From Nitrosopumilus sp. (GTDB lineage: Archaea; Thermoproteota; Nitrososphaeria; Nitrososphaerales; Nitrosopumilaceae): DNA of 64,000 bases. Within the stretch, counting starts at the first letter, position 1, and each line of letters opens with the position of its first letter. The stretch lies in NCBI GenBank assembly GCA_965214775.1, contig OZ243974.1, forward strand, positions 640,001-704,000, in the 5' to 3' direction. Below are positions 9,566 to 19,388 of this stretch, one piece after another. The position numbers and the translations under genes were made by a program. A model generated the notes under the pieces. It had not been told where the DNA came from, did no database searches, and saw only the letters and a program-made list of their open reading frames with translations.

Positions 9566-10255
9566 TCACTGCCCCCTGCCCGAGGAGAACTCGGACAGCG
9601 TAAATGCAAATGCCAGGGATGGATCGTCAAGCGTTGCGCGCGGGTCATACACGGATGCGGACACGGGGAGCCCCAGGGATTCGGACACCGCAAAGGAGCT
9701 TGACCTGAACACCCAGTATTCCAAGATTGATACGTCCAGGATGTCGTCGCCCACGTGAGCCGTATCGTGGGACGCGACATGGAGTTCGGAGGACCCCAGC
9801 GACGAGGGAACCTCGCCCCAGACACTGCCCACCCCGATATTCTTCTCGCCGTACGACGGGGCAAACTGTGAAAGATAAAAGACGGTGTTCTCCACGGAGC
9901 GCGCATGTGCCGAGCCCGCATGATCCGTACTGATCCTCATCGTGTCCGAGTCAATAAGGAATATGTGGTGTGTCGTGTCGTGGCTGCTGCTGCCGTCCGT
10001 TATCTCGGCCTGCACCACCCATGTATCGCCCGCAGGGGACAGGAGCTCCGCGTAAAAGTCAAGGCGTATCGCATAGCACGAGCCGCCGTCCCTGAAGTGT
10101 ACCGCGTCGCACACGTCATACACGAAATAGTCTCCGGGCACCAGGTCCTCGCCCACATGCCATGTCTGCCTGTCATGTTCTTCAAGAAACGAGTCTATGC
10201 CGCCGGCGTATGCAATGTAAACCAGGGCGGCGGCCAGCATGACGTTCACGAACAC
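9566..10255 (-). CDS. Hypothetical secreted or membrane-anchored protein
   Basis: 229-aa ORF with hydrophobic N-terminus and WHVGEDLVPGDYFVYDVC segment; codon style matches the island. Confidence 0.7.
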   Translation of the reverse strand: MFVNVMLAAALVYIAYAGGIDSFLEEHDRQTWHVGEDLVPGDYFVYDVCDAVHFRDGGSCYAIRLDFYAELLSPAGDTWVVQAEITDGSSSHDTTHHIFLIDSDTMRISTDHAGSAHARSVENTVFYLSQFAPSYGEKNIGVGSVWGEVPSSLGSSELHVASHDTAHVGDDILDVSILEYWVFRSSSFAVSESLGLPVSASVYDPRATLDDPSLAFAFTLSEFSSGRGQ

Positions 10256-10272
10256 AAGAAAAAAGAAATGAT

Positions 10273-10464
10273 TTAAAGATCCGATTTTTCATCTCCGATC
10301 CAGATGGTCCAGTCGCCCATCTTTTTTGTGTCATCAATGATTATGATCTTGCAGTGCCTGCATGCCCGGCATGGGAGCCGGATTCTACGTCTCTTGGATC
10401 CCCTGGCAAGAATGACCGGGGTGCTGATAGAGCCCGTCTCGCACGATGGGCACCGCTCAATCAT
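10273..10464 (-). CDS. Small zinc-ribbon protein
   Basis: CPSC...CRACRHC pattern in 63 aa. Confidence 0.55.
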   Translation of the reverse strand: MIERCPSCETGSISTPVILARGSKRRRIRLPCRACRHCKIIIIDDTKKMGDWTIWIGDEKSDL

Positions 10465-10479
10465 GTCCTTGACATTTCC

Positions 10480-10520
10480 TTTTATTCATCGTACCGTAAA
10501 GTACGGTACGGACAATAAAA
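10480..10520. promoter_or_regulatory. 41-bp dyad (possible operator) between divergent small genes
   Basis: TTTTATT-cat-CGTACCGTA-aag-TACGGTACG-gac-AATAAAA, symmetric about 10500. Confidence 0.55.
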
Positions 10521-10640
10521 AGTTTTTTGGGCAGATCCGGATGGCGGGCAGGGGCACGTCAGAGACGTGGTTCACAATCAAGGGCCGCGCAGATGCCAGG
10601 GTTTTTTTTGGGCTTTAAAGTAGCGCATTTTTTTTACGTC

Positions 10641-10808
10641 ATGTCAGAGGCAAAGGGACTGTTGCAGGAGCTGGCAGTCGAGATGATACGGGAGATCAGG
10701 CTGCACGGCGCCCGCAAGAGGCCGCGGTTCCCCGGATACTGCAGGTTCCCCGAGGGCCTCGACTGCGCTCCCCCGTTTTTTCAGACAGGCAGGATACTGC
10801 AGGACTGA
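10641..10808 (+). CDS. Small hypothetical protein (55 aa)
   Basis: ATG follows TATA-like TTTAAA at ~10614-10619; amphipathic N-terminal helix MSEAKGLLQELAVEMIREI. Confidence 0.4.
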   Translation: MSEAKGLLQELAVEMIREIRLHGARKRPRFPGYCRFPEGLDCAPPFFQTGRILQD

Positions 10809-10952
10809 ACACTAAAATTTAAGCGACTGAAGGACGTAATCTGACTCATGCATCTTCCAAGGATGCATGGATATGTGCAGGTCAGAGATATCACACGGGC
10901 TTGCAGTACAAGCCTATAGTCCTTCTTCCTTTTCTTTTTTTGTAAAACGCGC

Positions 10953-11729
10953 CTATTTTTTACAAAACAGGCTAATCGAAGGTAGGTTGTTCGTCAGAGT
11001 CTCCGACATGATCTCGACATCAGAAAACCCCACATCGTGGATCAGCCGAAACAGCTCGTCTCGGAACGGCCAAAAGGAATGCGTGTCGAAGCCGGATCCC
11101 GGATGCTCCAAAGATCCCTCGCCGTAAAGGCCGCCTCGGTATTTTATTCCATTAAAATCAACGTGAGAGACTTACTGTACATGTTCCGGAAGAAGGTAGT
11201 GCGTGTTTATCAGCGCATGAGACGTGACGGAGGGAATTTGTTGCAAAACGTCTTGCGGGTTAAGTAGATGGTACAGCAAGCCGCTGCACAGACAAAAGTC
11301 AAACATTCCGAATTTTTCCAAGTCGGGTTTCCGTAGATCCTCCAGGTAAAATCTTACGCCCTTGGCATCCAAGATGTTTTTCAGCATGCATGATTTCACG
11401 TAATTGGCAACTCTTCCCTCAAGGCCTACTACCGTGGCCCCCAGCCTGGAAAGGAGAAAGGAATGGCCGCCTTCGTGAGAGCCAAGCTCAAGCACTCGCT
11501 TGTTCTTCAAGGGAAACACGCCTTTTAACTTCTCAATGATATGATCAGTATGCTGGTGGGTCAGCTTGCCCGTTGTGGACAGGCCGTTTACTGTAAACTT
11601 GGTATCCCAGACGTCGAAAAAATCAAAGGCCAGTTGTAGCGATTCCTTTCTGTGAAGCGCATAGTCAAAACTCCCCTCTCCGAACGAATCCGTGATCATG
11701 TCAACCAGACCCCCCCCCCAATTTAACAC
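10953..11729 (-). pseudogene. Class I SAM-dependent methyltransferase with in-frame premature stop
   Basis: Motif I RVLELGSHEGG and FDFCLCSGLLYHL; TAA at 11172-11174 is followed in the same frame by 72 more codons (VSHVDFNGIKYRGGLYGE...SFWPFRDELF...) to TAG at 10953. Confidence 0.75.
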
Positions 11730-12151
11730 TTTTAGATGGCTGTTCGCAACCGCATGTGTCTCAGAGACAAAATTCGGATGATGCCAGAAAAGGGCAGCGC
11801 AAGCAAACAGACTGCCGCAAAAAGGACGACACGCGTGAAATCAAAGGCGGTGCAGCAGCAGAGGGCTGGTTCGGAGTTGGCAGGTTCGGATCAACGTGTG
11901 TAGACAGATTTGCATTGAATCGATTAGAACGCCTGCAAGCGAAAAGTCATCCGTATGTAAAATTACTCGGCAGGCGTACGGAAAAGTCAGGGCAACGATT
12001 CGGACGGCTTCTGACTTCGGATCGCCTCCCAGCAAGGACAGGCAAGGCGCGCCCTCTGCACAAAGAAGGCCTTCAGTACGCTTGACGATCCTGGGCATCC
12101 GGTACGATCCCCGTCTGATGAAAGGGAATCGCCTCCGGCTAAAATGTTCAG

Positions 12152-12457
12152 CTATTTGATGGGCCAGCTATGATCTATTTCGCTTTCTTCTTTTGTAAGT
12201 CGCAGCTTCCTGGCCTTTAGCTTTACGCTCTCCTTTGTTTCTTGATCCCTGTACCATACGGTAACCCCTGCAACCAGTCCAAGCAGGGTACATCCCTTGT
12301 CTTGGGTGCAGATTCCGCAGTCATTATTTTCTGCATATTCGATGATGTCTTTGTCAGAAGCCCCTACGCCGATTTTGTCTGTGACGTTTTCCAGGTTCTT
12401 GTGATCATCCAGGAATTTTTTATCCTTTGACAGGTTTTCGTCCACCAGAAATCTCAT
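12152..12457 (-). CDS. DUF5615/Mut7-C-type PIN-like protein
   Basis: MRFLVDENL...GASDKDII..A.....ICTQDK. Confidence 0.7.
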   Translation of the reverse strand: MRFLVDENLSKDKKFLDDHKNLENVTDKIGVGASDKDIIEYAENNDCGICTQDKGCTLLGLVAGVTVWYRDQETKESVKLKARKLRLTKEESEIDHSWPIK

Positions 12458-12791
12458 GCACCGGAGTAAGACTGTGGCAGTATTAAGGATTTACAGATGT
12501 GGCATATGTGGGGACGCGTCGCTTACCGTAGCACCAACATCAAAAAATGGAATATAATTTTGACACGTCGTGCCTACTTCGCCAAAAAAATATTCGATTT
12601 TCAACTGCATGCACTACGGGCTGACATAAAGGCCGCAATCACATGCAGTATCGCATCCAGCTGGTTGGGGGGCAGGTGGCCACATGCAAACGTCGCGTTG
12701 GATTTCCAAGACGCCAGACGCAGTCAATCATCATGGCTGTATTTTTTCAAATCCCGTCTTTGCTTTTAACAAAACAGTCCCTTGTAGGCAG

Positions 12792-13181
12792 ATGAAAGAC
12801 GAGGCAGCCATGCTCAGGGAATCGCTCAGGGAGGAGCTTGACAGGCTCAAGAGGGTAAGCGGCGCAAACGCAGACCTTGAGGTCCTATGGGTTCCAAGGG
12901 CCGACTCTGCAAAGGAGGGCGAGGTCGTAGGAAGCAGGATCTACATCTACTCTACGAGCTTTGCAGACGCCCTGGAGACCCTGCGGCATGAGTTCCTTGA
13001 TGCCATAGTGTGCGGTGCCACGGCCCCGTATGTCGAGCTGGTCAACGCGCTGCTCTCCGTGATATCCGAAAGGGCGTACCGGAAAAAGGAGGATGTAGTA
13101 GAGTCGCTAGCCGGAATGGCCGGGAGCCCCCGCAGGATCCGCGCCAGTGCCGCGCCTGAGAAGGATCTTGCCGCTGTTTAG
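12792..13181 (+). CDS. Hypothetical protein with zincin-like HEFLD motif, convergent with the integrase
   Basis: EGEV...IYIY...ALETLRHEFLD; ATG at 12792 follows TATA-like TTTTAA. Confidence 0.65.
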   Translation: MKDEAAMLRESLREELDRLKRVSGANADLEVLWVPRADSAKEGEVVGSRIYIYSTSFADALETLRHEFLDAIVCGATAPYVELVNALLSVISERAYRKKEDVVESLAGMAGSPRRIRASAAPEKDLAAV

Positions 13182-14540
13182 CTCCCTTATGACCTCCCAC
13201 CCCTCCCGTATGCATTCCACCAGATCCTCCTCGCCGTCGACCAGCCTGCTCTCCCATGTCTTTTTGCCGCCTGCCTGCGGCAGCATCCGGCCGTCCCCCC
13301 TGATCATCCCTTGAATGGCGGCCTTGATGGCGCCGATCTCGCCGTCTGCAGTGTCGGCCCCCCGGTCATGCTGATCCCTCTGCTTTTCTATCCTTATCTT
13401 TACTGGGTCGATCCCGTACAGCTGGGCCTGCTCCCTCCACATCTCAAGCAGCATCTCCCTCTTGTCCTTGGACTCGGCCTCCTCTTCCACGCCGGGCACG
13501 AGGAACCCCAGGCTGCGCTCGTATGCCATCCTCATGTCTGATACGAGCTCGTCTGCAAGCCTGTGCTTGTTGGTCGTATACTTTGCCTCGATGTCGCCCT
13601 TGTGGCCCATGAAGAACTGGCGGTAGGCGTGCGTCATCTTGCCCCTGCTCTCTGCAAGCAGGAGTTGCGTGTCAAAGTACGCCCGCAGGACGTAGGGCCG
13701 CTCCCTTATGATTATGCCAAAGGCGCCCTTGATCCCGGCCGTGATGGTTATGGTCCTCAGGTGGCACGTGTCGCTGCACGACTTTGTGCGGTATCCCTTC
13801 ACGAACGTGATTACGGGCGAGTCCTGTCCAATCTTCTCGCCGCCTGCGATCCTCTCCCTGAGGTATCCCTGCAGGTACCTGCACCCCATGTCTGGCAAAA
13901 ACGTAAAGTACTGGTGTCCGGCCTTGCTCAGCGCCGGCCTTACCGTTATCCTGGCAGGCATCCGGGCAAGGGAGACGTTGTTGCCGTCGATCTGCAGGTC
14001 CGGGATGTCCCGCACCCTGAGGCCGTCCTCGCCGTGATGGTTGCCAAGCACCTGCGGGCGCACGCCGGCAAAGGCCATCATCGATATCGACACGCGCTCC
14101 CTTGCCGGCGCCGAGTCAAGGACCTCCCGTATCCTCTCCCGGGTCGGAATCTCCTCGTCTTCCAGCGTGACGGGAATGTCGGCGTTCTTGATCCTTATCC
14201 TCCGGACAAGTTTGACATAGTTGAACGACAGCCAGGAGCGCAGCGCCTTGAGGATGTCCTCGATGTACGAGGGCGCGTACCCCTTGCCCTCAAGAAACGA
14301 CACATAGTCCATCAGCAGATCCTCCACTCTCCTTACGTCCTCGGCTCCGGCCTGCGCAAAGTCCTTCGGGGTTGTGCCGGTTCTCTCGCAGTACACGCCG
14401 AGCCTTCGCAGCCTTACCTCGGCTGTGGCCACGCTTCCCCTTGCGGTGTTGTCGCACCATCTCTTGACGTCGGGATCCTCAAGTAATTTTTTGTGCCGGC
14501 CCCACGCCTTTTTTACGGTATCACTCATAATTCTCTCCAT
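13107..14540 (-). CDS. int: Tyrosine recombinase (integrase)
   Basis: Catalytic-type motifs AFAGVRP, SKAG, PYVLRAYF, FFMGH and KY; adjacent to a tRNA. Confidence 0.92.
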   Translation of the reverse strand: MERIMSDTVKKAWGRHKKLLEDPDVKRWCDNTARGSVATAEVRLRRLGVYCERTGTTPKDFAQAGAEDVRRVEDLLMDYVSFLEGKGYAPSYIEDILKALRSWLSFNYVKLVRRIRIKNADIPVTLEDEEIPTRERIREVLDSAPARERVSISMMAFAGVRPQVLGNHHGEDGLRVRDIPDLQIDGNNVSLARMPARITVRPALSKAGHQYFTFLPDMGCRYLQGYLRERIAGGEKIGQDSPVITFVKGYRTKSCSDTCHLRTITITAGIKGAFGIIIRERPYVLRAYFDTQLLLAESRGKMTHAYRQFFMGHKGDIEAKYTTNKHRLADELVSDMRMAYERSLGFLVPGVEEEAESKDKREMLLEMWREQAQLYGIDPVKIRIEKQRDQHDRGADTADGEIGAIKAAIQGMIRGDGRMLPQAGGKKTWESRLVDGEEDLVECIREGWEVIRELNSGKILLRRGTGADPAGAPGHSG

Positions 14541-14591
14541 TTCACAACGGATTTTTTCGGTTTAAGGGGGGTTTTCATCGCTTGAGATGGA

Positions 14592-14665
14592 TGGACCGGA
14601 AGGGATTTGAACCCTTGATCCGATGCATGCCATGCACCTATCCTACCAGACTAGACGACCGGCCC
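14592..14665 (-). tRNA. tRNA-Ala(GGC)
   Basis: Reverse complement GGGCCGG...GGTGC-ATGGCAT-GCATC...GGTTCAAATCC...CCGGTCCA folds as a cloverleaf. Confidence 0.92.
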
Positions 14666-14789
14666 ATAATCAGAATACTGATTGATTAAGACTTTTCAAA
14701 TTGGTTATTAACGTTTAGCGGTGATGTTGAAAATCTACTTTTAAAATTAACACAATATATTTAACCCTCAGAACAGTTGTTGTGTCGTT

Positions 14790-15635
14790 ATGGTAGTAGA
14801 CAACAAGGCAACTGTCACATATGTTCAATTGTTAAAAGAAGATCTTGTAATTATTAGAATAGTTCCAAAAGAAGGAGAGGTTCCAGAATACAAAGCTGGA
14901 CAATTTATCACATTAGGATTGCCAAACCCAAACGAAGGAGGAAAAATTGTCAGAAGAGCATATTCGATTGCTTCACATCCTGAAAATCGGGACTATATCG
15001 AGCTGGTTATCAGATGGGTTAGAAAACCGCTTCCCGGAAGACTAACAACACAACTGTTCAATACAAAAGAAGGTGATGAAATTTTATGGTTAAAGCCAAC
15101 AGGCAGAGCATTGCTGATTAATGACGAATTGCCAAATGGTGAAAAAGACAACAGAAGAATTGTATGCATTGGTGGAGGTACCGGTTTAGCACCATTCGTA
15201 AGCTTTGCACAACATCTTCATGATATCGGAGATAAAAGAGAGATCGTGGTCTTGCATGGCGCAAGCTATGTTGACGAATTAAGTTACAAGGATCTATTAA
15301 CAAATCTTGAAAATGAGAGCATGGCAAGGGGCAAAGACGAGTGGAATTTCAGATACAGAGCGGCAATTAGCAGACCTCAAGAATGGTTTAACAGATCATG
15401 GGCAGGACAAGTAGGCAGAGTTGAAACATTCCTCAGACCAAGAGAAAGCGGAATGTCTCCATTGGAAGAACTTGTAGGAGAAAAGATCACTAAAGAAAAT
15501 ACGATATTCTATGTTTGCGGCTGGCAGGGAACCATTGACGGTGTAATGGACTTTTTGAAACCAAAAGGATTTGTTACAGAACACGGCAAACGTGAAGACG
15601 GCAGTTTCGAAGTCAAATACGAGTCATACGGATGA
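14790..15635 (+). CDS. Ferredoxin--NADP+ reductase
   Basis: RAYSIAS, GGGTGLAPF, FYVCG motifs. Confidence 0.9.
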   Translation: MVVDNKATVTYVQLLKEDLVIIRIVPKEGEVPEYKAGQFITLGLPNPNEGGKIVRRAYSIASHPENRDYIELVIRWVRKPLPGRLTTQLFNTKEGDEILWLKPTGRALLINDELPNGEKDNRRIVCIGGGTGLAPFVSFAQHLHDIGDKREIVVLHGASYVDELSYKDLLTNLENESMARGKDEWNFRYRAAISRPQEWFNRSWAGQVGRVETFLRPRESGMSPLEELVGEKITKENTIFYVCGWQGTIDGVMDFLKPKGFVTEHGKREDGSFEVKYESYG

Positions 15636-15683
15636 AATTCAAAGATCAATCATTGAAATATGAGATTTTTTTAGCTATAGTAA

Positions 15684-16289
15684 TTGATAACGGCACTATA
15701 TCTTGCGCATCTTAATCCTGTAACAAATGCACATGTGGAAATTATTTCAGATTTAGTTAAAGAGGCTGATGCCGTAAAAGTAATGCCCGTAGTTTTCAAA
15801 GACGGTGAAAAAGAGATCAACAGCAAGAGTTTTCCATTCAGTTTTGATGCTAGAAAGAAAATGCTAGAATCAGTGTTTGGGGACTCTATCAAAATTACAG
15901 ATGATTATGCATTTTTTGCTCCATTCAAAAAATACGTCCCCCCATTACTAGCTCCCAAATCATGGGAATTAAGAAAGCAGGTTTTACTAGGTGTAAAAGG
16001 AGAATTTTTCTCTTACACCGGGGACAAAGTCGAAGGAGCCATGCTAAAGATGTACAGATTAAAACCCAGGGTGAGAGAAAGAAGAGCATTATCTGCTGCA
16101 TCAGTCAAAGAAAAACTGTATAGTGCCGCACAAGGAAATAAGACTTCTTGGAGGGATGATGTGCCTGAGAGCATTGCAAAAGTCATTGATGAAGAATGGG
16201 ATACTGTTAAGAAATTTGCAGGCACCGAAGATCTTACAACCAGAGTGGCAGGAATGAAGTTTCCAAAAGAAGGGTGGTCAAAAAAATGA
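15684..16289 (+). CDS. Nucleotidyltransferase (HIGH superfamily, cytidylyltransferase-like)
   Basis: HLNPVTNAH HIGH-like motif, FPFSFDARKKM, LSAASVK. Confidence 0.7.
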   Translation: MITALYLAHLNPVTNAHVEIISDLVKEADAVKVMPVVFKDGEKEINSKSFPFSFDARKKMLESVFGDSIKITDDYAFFAPFKKYVPPLLAPKSWELRKQVLLGVKGEFFSYTGDKVEGAMLKMYRLKPRVRERRALSAASVKEKLYSAAQGNKTSWRDDVPESIAKVIDEEWDTVKKFAGTEDLTTRVAGMKFPKEGWSKK

Positions 16290-16454
16290 ATAAAAAAATA
16301 AAAAACGAACTAATTGATATCTGGGATTTTCAGACCCGGTTTATTTTCCAGTACGTCAAGAATTGTACTAGGATCATATGGCTTATGAACAATAGAAGAT
16401 GGGCAGGTTTTTGAACCGCCTCATACGACAAGGCAGTGGGCACAGGACTAGGAC

Positions 16455-16547
16455 TATGGTGAAGAGCAGAAATCGTTCAACAACGGGAAGCGTCTCCTTG
16501 CATAATTCGTGTCCACATGTGTTGAAGAATTTACGCACTTCACTATA
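16455..16547. mobile_element. MITE family B (IS630-derived), copy 1, 93 bp including flanking TA
   Basis: Imperfect TIR TATGGTGAAGAGCAGAAATCGTTCAACA / TGTTGAAGAATTTACGCACTTCACTATA; colinear and equal in length with 27329-27421. Confidence 0.8.
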
Positions 16548-16781
16548 GTTGTAGCAACGAGCAGAAGTCTTTGAGTCAAAACATGGTCAGATTGCCCGTG
16601 AAAGACCTCAATTATTTGTGAGTGTTGCTTACCACGTGTAAAAACGGAGTTAAATCACGAAGAGAAAAATTTACGCGCCAAATTTGGAAATGGAGGGGTA
16701 AAACTCGTAATTGAGCCCCCAAAAATGGCAGAAAAAAATCAGATTGAAAATAGATTAATACGCATATCGTAAAATCCACCT

Positions 16782-17699
16782 ATGAAACTTGCATTATCAA
16801 AATATGTCTGGTTTGATGGAAAATATGTTTTGACAGAAAATGCAAGCGTTCCAATAACAACACATGCAATTCATTATGGAACGTCAGTTTTTGAAGGAAT
16901 TCGGGCATATTGGAATGGGGAGAATCTTCATGTCTTTAGGCTAGACGAACATGTTAAAAGGTTCAGAAGATCAGGCCAGTTTTATAACATTTCATTAAAT
17001 TTTTCAGATGAAGAGGTTTCTAATGCCATTACGGGAATTTGTAAAAAGAATAAACTGAATAAATCATGCTACATCAGACCGTTTTATTTTGTTGGAGACT
17101 ATGGAATAAATCTCCATGTAACTGAAAAAGCGCCAACAAACGTTGCTATTTTCACATTTCCTTTCGGAGATCTGTTTAACAAAAACGGAATTACTGCAGG
17201 AGTAGTATCCTGGAGAAAATTCTCTGACATGTCTACTCCCCCCCAGGCAAAAATGGGCGGAAATTATCTTAATTCGATTATTGCCACACAAGAGGCAAAA
17301 AGGAATGGAGTCGATGAGGCAATACTACTAGACCATAATGGAAATGTAAGCGAGGCCCCAGGAGAGAATATTTTCATGGTGCAAGACGGTCAACTGGCAA
17401 CACCTGATTTATCTTCATCAGCACTAGACGGAATTACAAGAGACACGGTCATAAAAATTGCAGGTGATTTAGGCATGGATGTTGCCAAAAGAGACATTGC
17501 AAGAAGCGAACTGGTCGTTTCTGATGAAATATTTCTTACGGGAACAGCAGCAGAGATCACGCCGATAGTTTCTATGGATTCAAAAAAGATTGGAAATGGA
17601 AAACCAGGCGACATCACAAAAAAGATGATGTGCAAGTATGCAGACATAGTAATGAACAAAAATGACGACTATTCTCATTGGTTAACGGCTGTGTACTAG
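16782..17699 (+). CDS. ilvE: Branched-chain amino acid aminotransferase
   Basis: HYGTSVFEGIR, AKMGGNY, EAPGENIF, LDGITR, TGTAAE. Confidence 0.95.
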   Translation: MKLALSKYVWFDGKYVLTENASVPITTHAIHYGTSVFEGIRAYWNGENLHVFRLDEHVKRFRRSGQFYNISLNFSDEEVSNAITGICKKNKLNKSCYIRPFYFVGDYGINLHVTEKAPTNVAIFTFPFGDLFNKNGITAGVVSWRKFSDMSTPPQAKMGGNYLNSIIATQEAKRNGVDEAILLDHNGNVSEAPGENIFMVQDGQLATPDLSSSALDGITRDTVIKIAGDLGMDVAKRDIARSELVVSDEIFLTGTAAEITPIVSMDSKKIGNGKPGDITKKMMCKYADIVMNKNDDYSHWLTAVY

Positions 17700-18638
17700 A
17701 TGAAAGTCATTCAGATTGGGACAGGCGGATGGGGTAAAAACCACACACGAATCTTATCAGAATTAGGCGTACTTTCAGCAATCTGTGATGCTGATGAAGA
17801 AAAAAGCAGGGAGTATGGAGAAAAGTACTCTGTAAATCATTACTCCTCACTAGAAAAATTATTGGAATCAGAAGAATTTGATGCGGCACTTGTGGCTACG
17901 CCGACGTCCACACATTCACAGATTGCAAAAAGGCTACTAGAGGCAAAAAAACATGTTTTTGTTGAAAAACCATTAACATATCAATCACGGGATGGAGAAG
18001 AACTGGCAAGACTTGCAGAAAAAAACAAGGTAATTCTGACATGCGGATACATTGAAAGATTCAATCCCGCAGTAGGAACCGTAAAAAAACTGGTCAAGGA
18101 AAAAAACTATGGCGAATTAGTAATGCTGGAATTTCACAGGGAGAACAAGATGCCATTGCATATCAAGGATGTCGGAATTATCTATGATACGTCAGTTCAT
18201 GACATAGATACTGCAAACTGGCTGTTTGATGAAATGCCAAATCTTGTTTTTGCCAAGGCGGGAAGAATAAAGCACGAACGTGAAGATTTTACCAGCATAA
18301 TGCTAGGTTACAAAAATGACAAGGTTGCAATAATTACATCTAACTGGATTACGCCAAAAAAAGTAAGAAAATTCAACGCCGTATGTACTGGTGCGATAAT
18401 TTCTTCGGATTTTATCACACAGGAAATAGTAGTGGAAAATAACGAGGTATCAAAAAAAATGGATAATGAAAAACAAGAGCCCCTCTTGTTGGAAATCAAG
18501 AATTTCATGAATGCGATTAAAGGCATGGGCGGAGAACACATAGTAACTGCCCAGCAGGCAGTCAACGTAACAAAAATTGCAGAAGCGGCACTTTTATCTA
18601 GCCAAAAGGGAACCCCAATCTATCTGGAACTAAAATGA
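17700..18638 (+). CDS. Gfo/Idh/MocA oxidoreductase
   Basis: IGTGGWG, HVFVEKP, GYIERFNP, DTSVHDID. Confidence 0.9.
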   Translation: MKVIQIGTGGWGKNHTRILSELGVLSAICDADEEKSREYGEKYSVNHYSSLEKLLESEEFDAALVATPTSTHSQIAKRLLEAKKHVFVEKPLTYQSRDGEELARLAEKNKVILTCGYIERFNPAVGTVKKLVKEKNYGELVMLEFHRENKMPLHIKDVGIIYDTSVHDIDTANWLFDEMPNLVFAKAGRIKHEREDFTSIMLGYKNDKVAIITSNWITPKKVRKFNAVCTGAIISSDFITQEIVVENNEVSKKMDNEKQEPLLLEIKNFMNAIKGMGGEHIVTAQQAVNVTKIAEAALLSSQKGTPIYLELK

Positions 18639-18904
18639 ACAGAAAGCTTGTTGGAATTCTTGCATGTCCGATAGACAAACATCACCCACTGGAGTTGCAT
18701 GAGTGTAAAACAAAAGAGGACACAATAGTAGAGGGAGCGCTTTATTGTTCAAAATGCTCTAGATTTTTTGCAATAATCGATGAGATTCCAATTATGATGC
18801 CTGATGATTTAAGAGATAAAAACCACGAGATGGGCTTTCTTAAGAACAACAAGAAAAAACTGCCGGATAAGATAATAAGGCAGGCATCGCCATGGCATTT
18901 GTAA
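18635..18904 (+). CDS. Trm112 family protein
   Basis: ILACPIDK...GALYC..C.RFFAIIDEIPIM. Confidence 0.85.
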   Translation: MNRKLVGILACPIDKHHPLELHECKTKEDTIVEGALYCSKCSRFFAIIDEIPIMMPDDLRDKNHEMGFLKNNKKKLPDKIIRQASPWHL

Positions 18905-18908
18905 GATC

Positions 18909-19388
18909 GTGGCAGCAAATTACATATCAGACAGCGCAAAAATAGGAGACAATACACGGATATGGCATTTTAGCTACGTGGGAGACAGAACGGAGATAGG
19001 CAGCAATGTCAAGATCGGCTCTCTAGTGCACATAGACTATGACGTAAAGATTGGAAACGATTGTAAAATTGAGGGCATGGCGTATTTGCCACCATTGACA
19101 AGAATTGGAGATAATGTCTTTATTGGACCAAATGCAACTTTGACGAATGATCCATATCCGATGTCTGGTAAAATGACAGGCGTTACAGTTGAAGAAGGCG
19201 CAATAATAGGTGCAAAAGCAGTGATAAAAGCAGGAGTCAAAATTGGAAAAAACAGCATAGTTGCAATGGGTGCAGTAGTAACAAAGGATGTGCCTGAAAA
19301 CGTTCTAGTTGCAGGGGTTCCTGCAAAAATAAAGTATGCCAAAGACAAATATGATAAAAAGAGAAACAGATGGGCAGAATATCTATAG
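18909..19388 (+). CDS. Hexapeptide-repeat acyltransferase (WbpD-like sugar N-acetyltransferase)
   Basis: Left-handed beta-helix repeats; IGPNATLTND and GVPAK. Confidence 0.88.
   Translation: MAANYISDSAKIGDNTRIWHFSYVGDRTEIGSNVKIGSLVHIDYDVKIGNDCKIEGMAYLPPLTRIGDNVFIGPNATLTNDPYPMSGKMTGVTVEEGAIIGAKAVIKAGVKIGKNSIVAMGAVVTKDVPENVLVAGVPAKIKYAKDKYDKKRNRWAEYL

Larger units (their letters stand above)
1..14591. mobile_element. Right part of an integrated element (genomic island) inserted at tRNA-Ala(GGC); left end lies outside the window
   Basis: Tyrosine integrase starts ~50 bp from the tRNA 3' end; composition shifts visibly from GC-rich to AT-rich at ~14.6 kb; cargo is accessory; no second att copy seen in 1..14540. 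Confidence 0.8.

Noticed and set aside
13563-14486. 307-aa plus-strand ORF
   Set aside because: Shadow of the integrase gene
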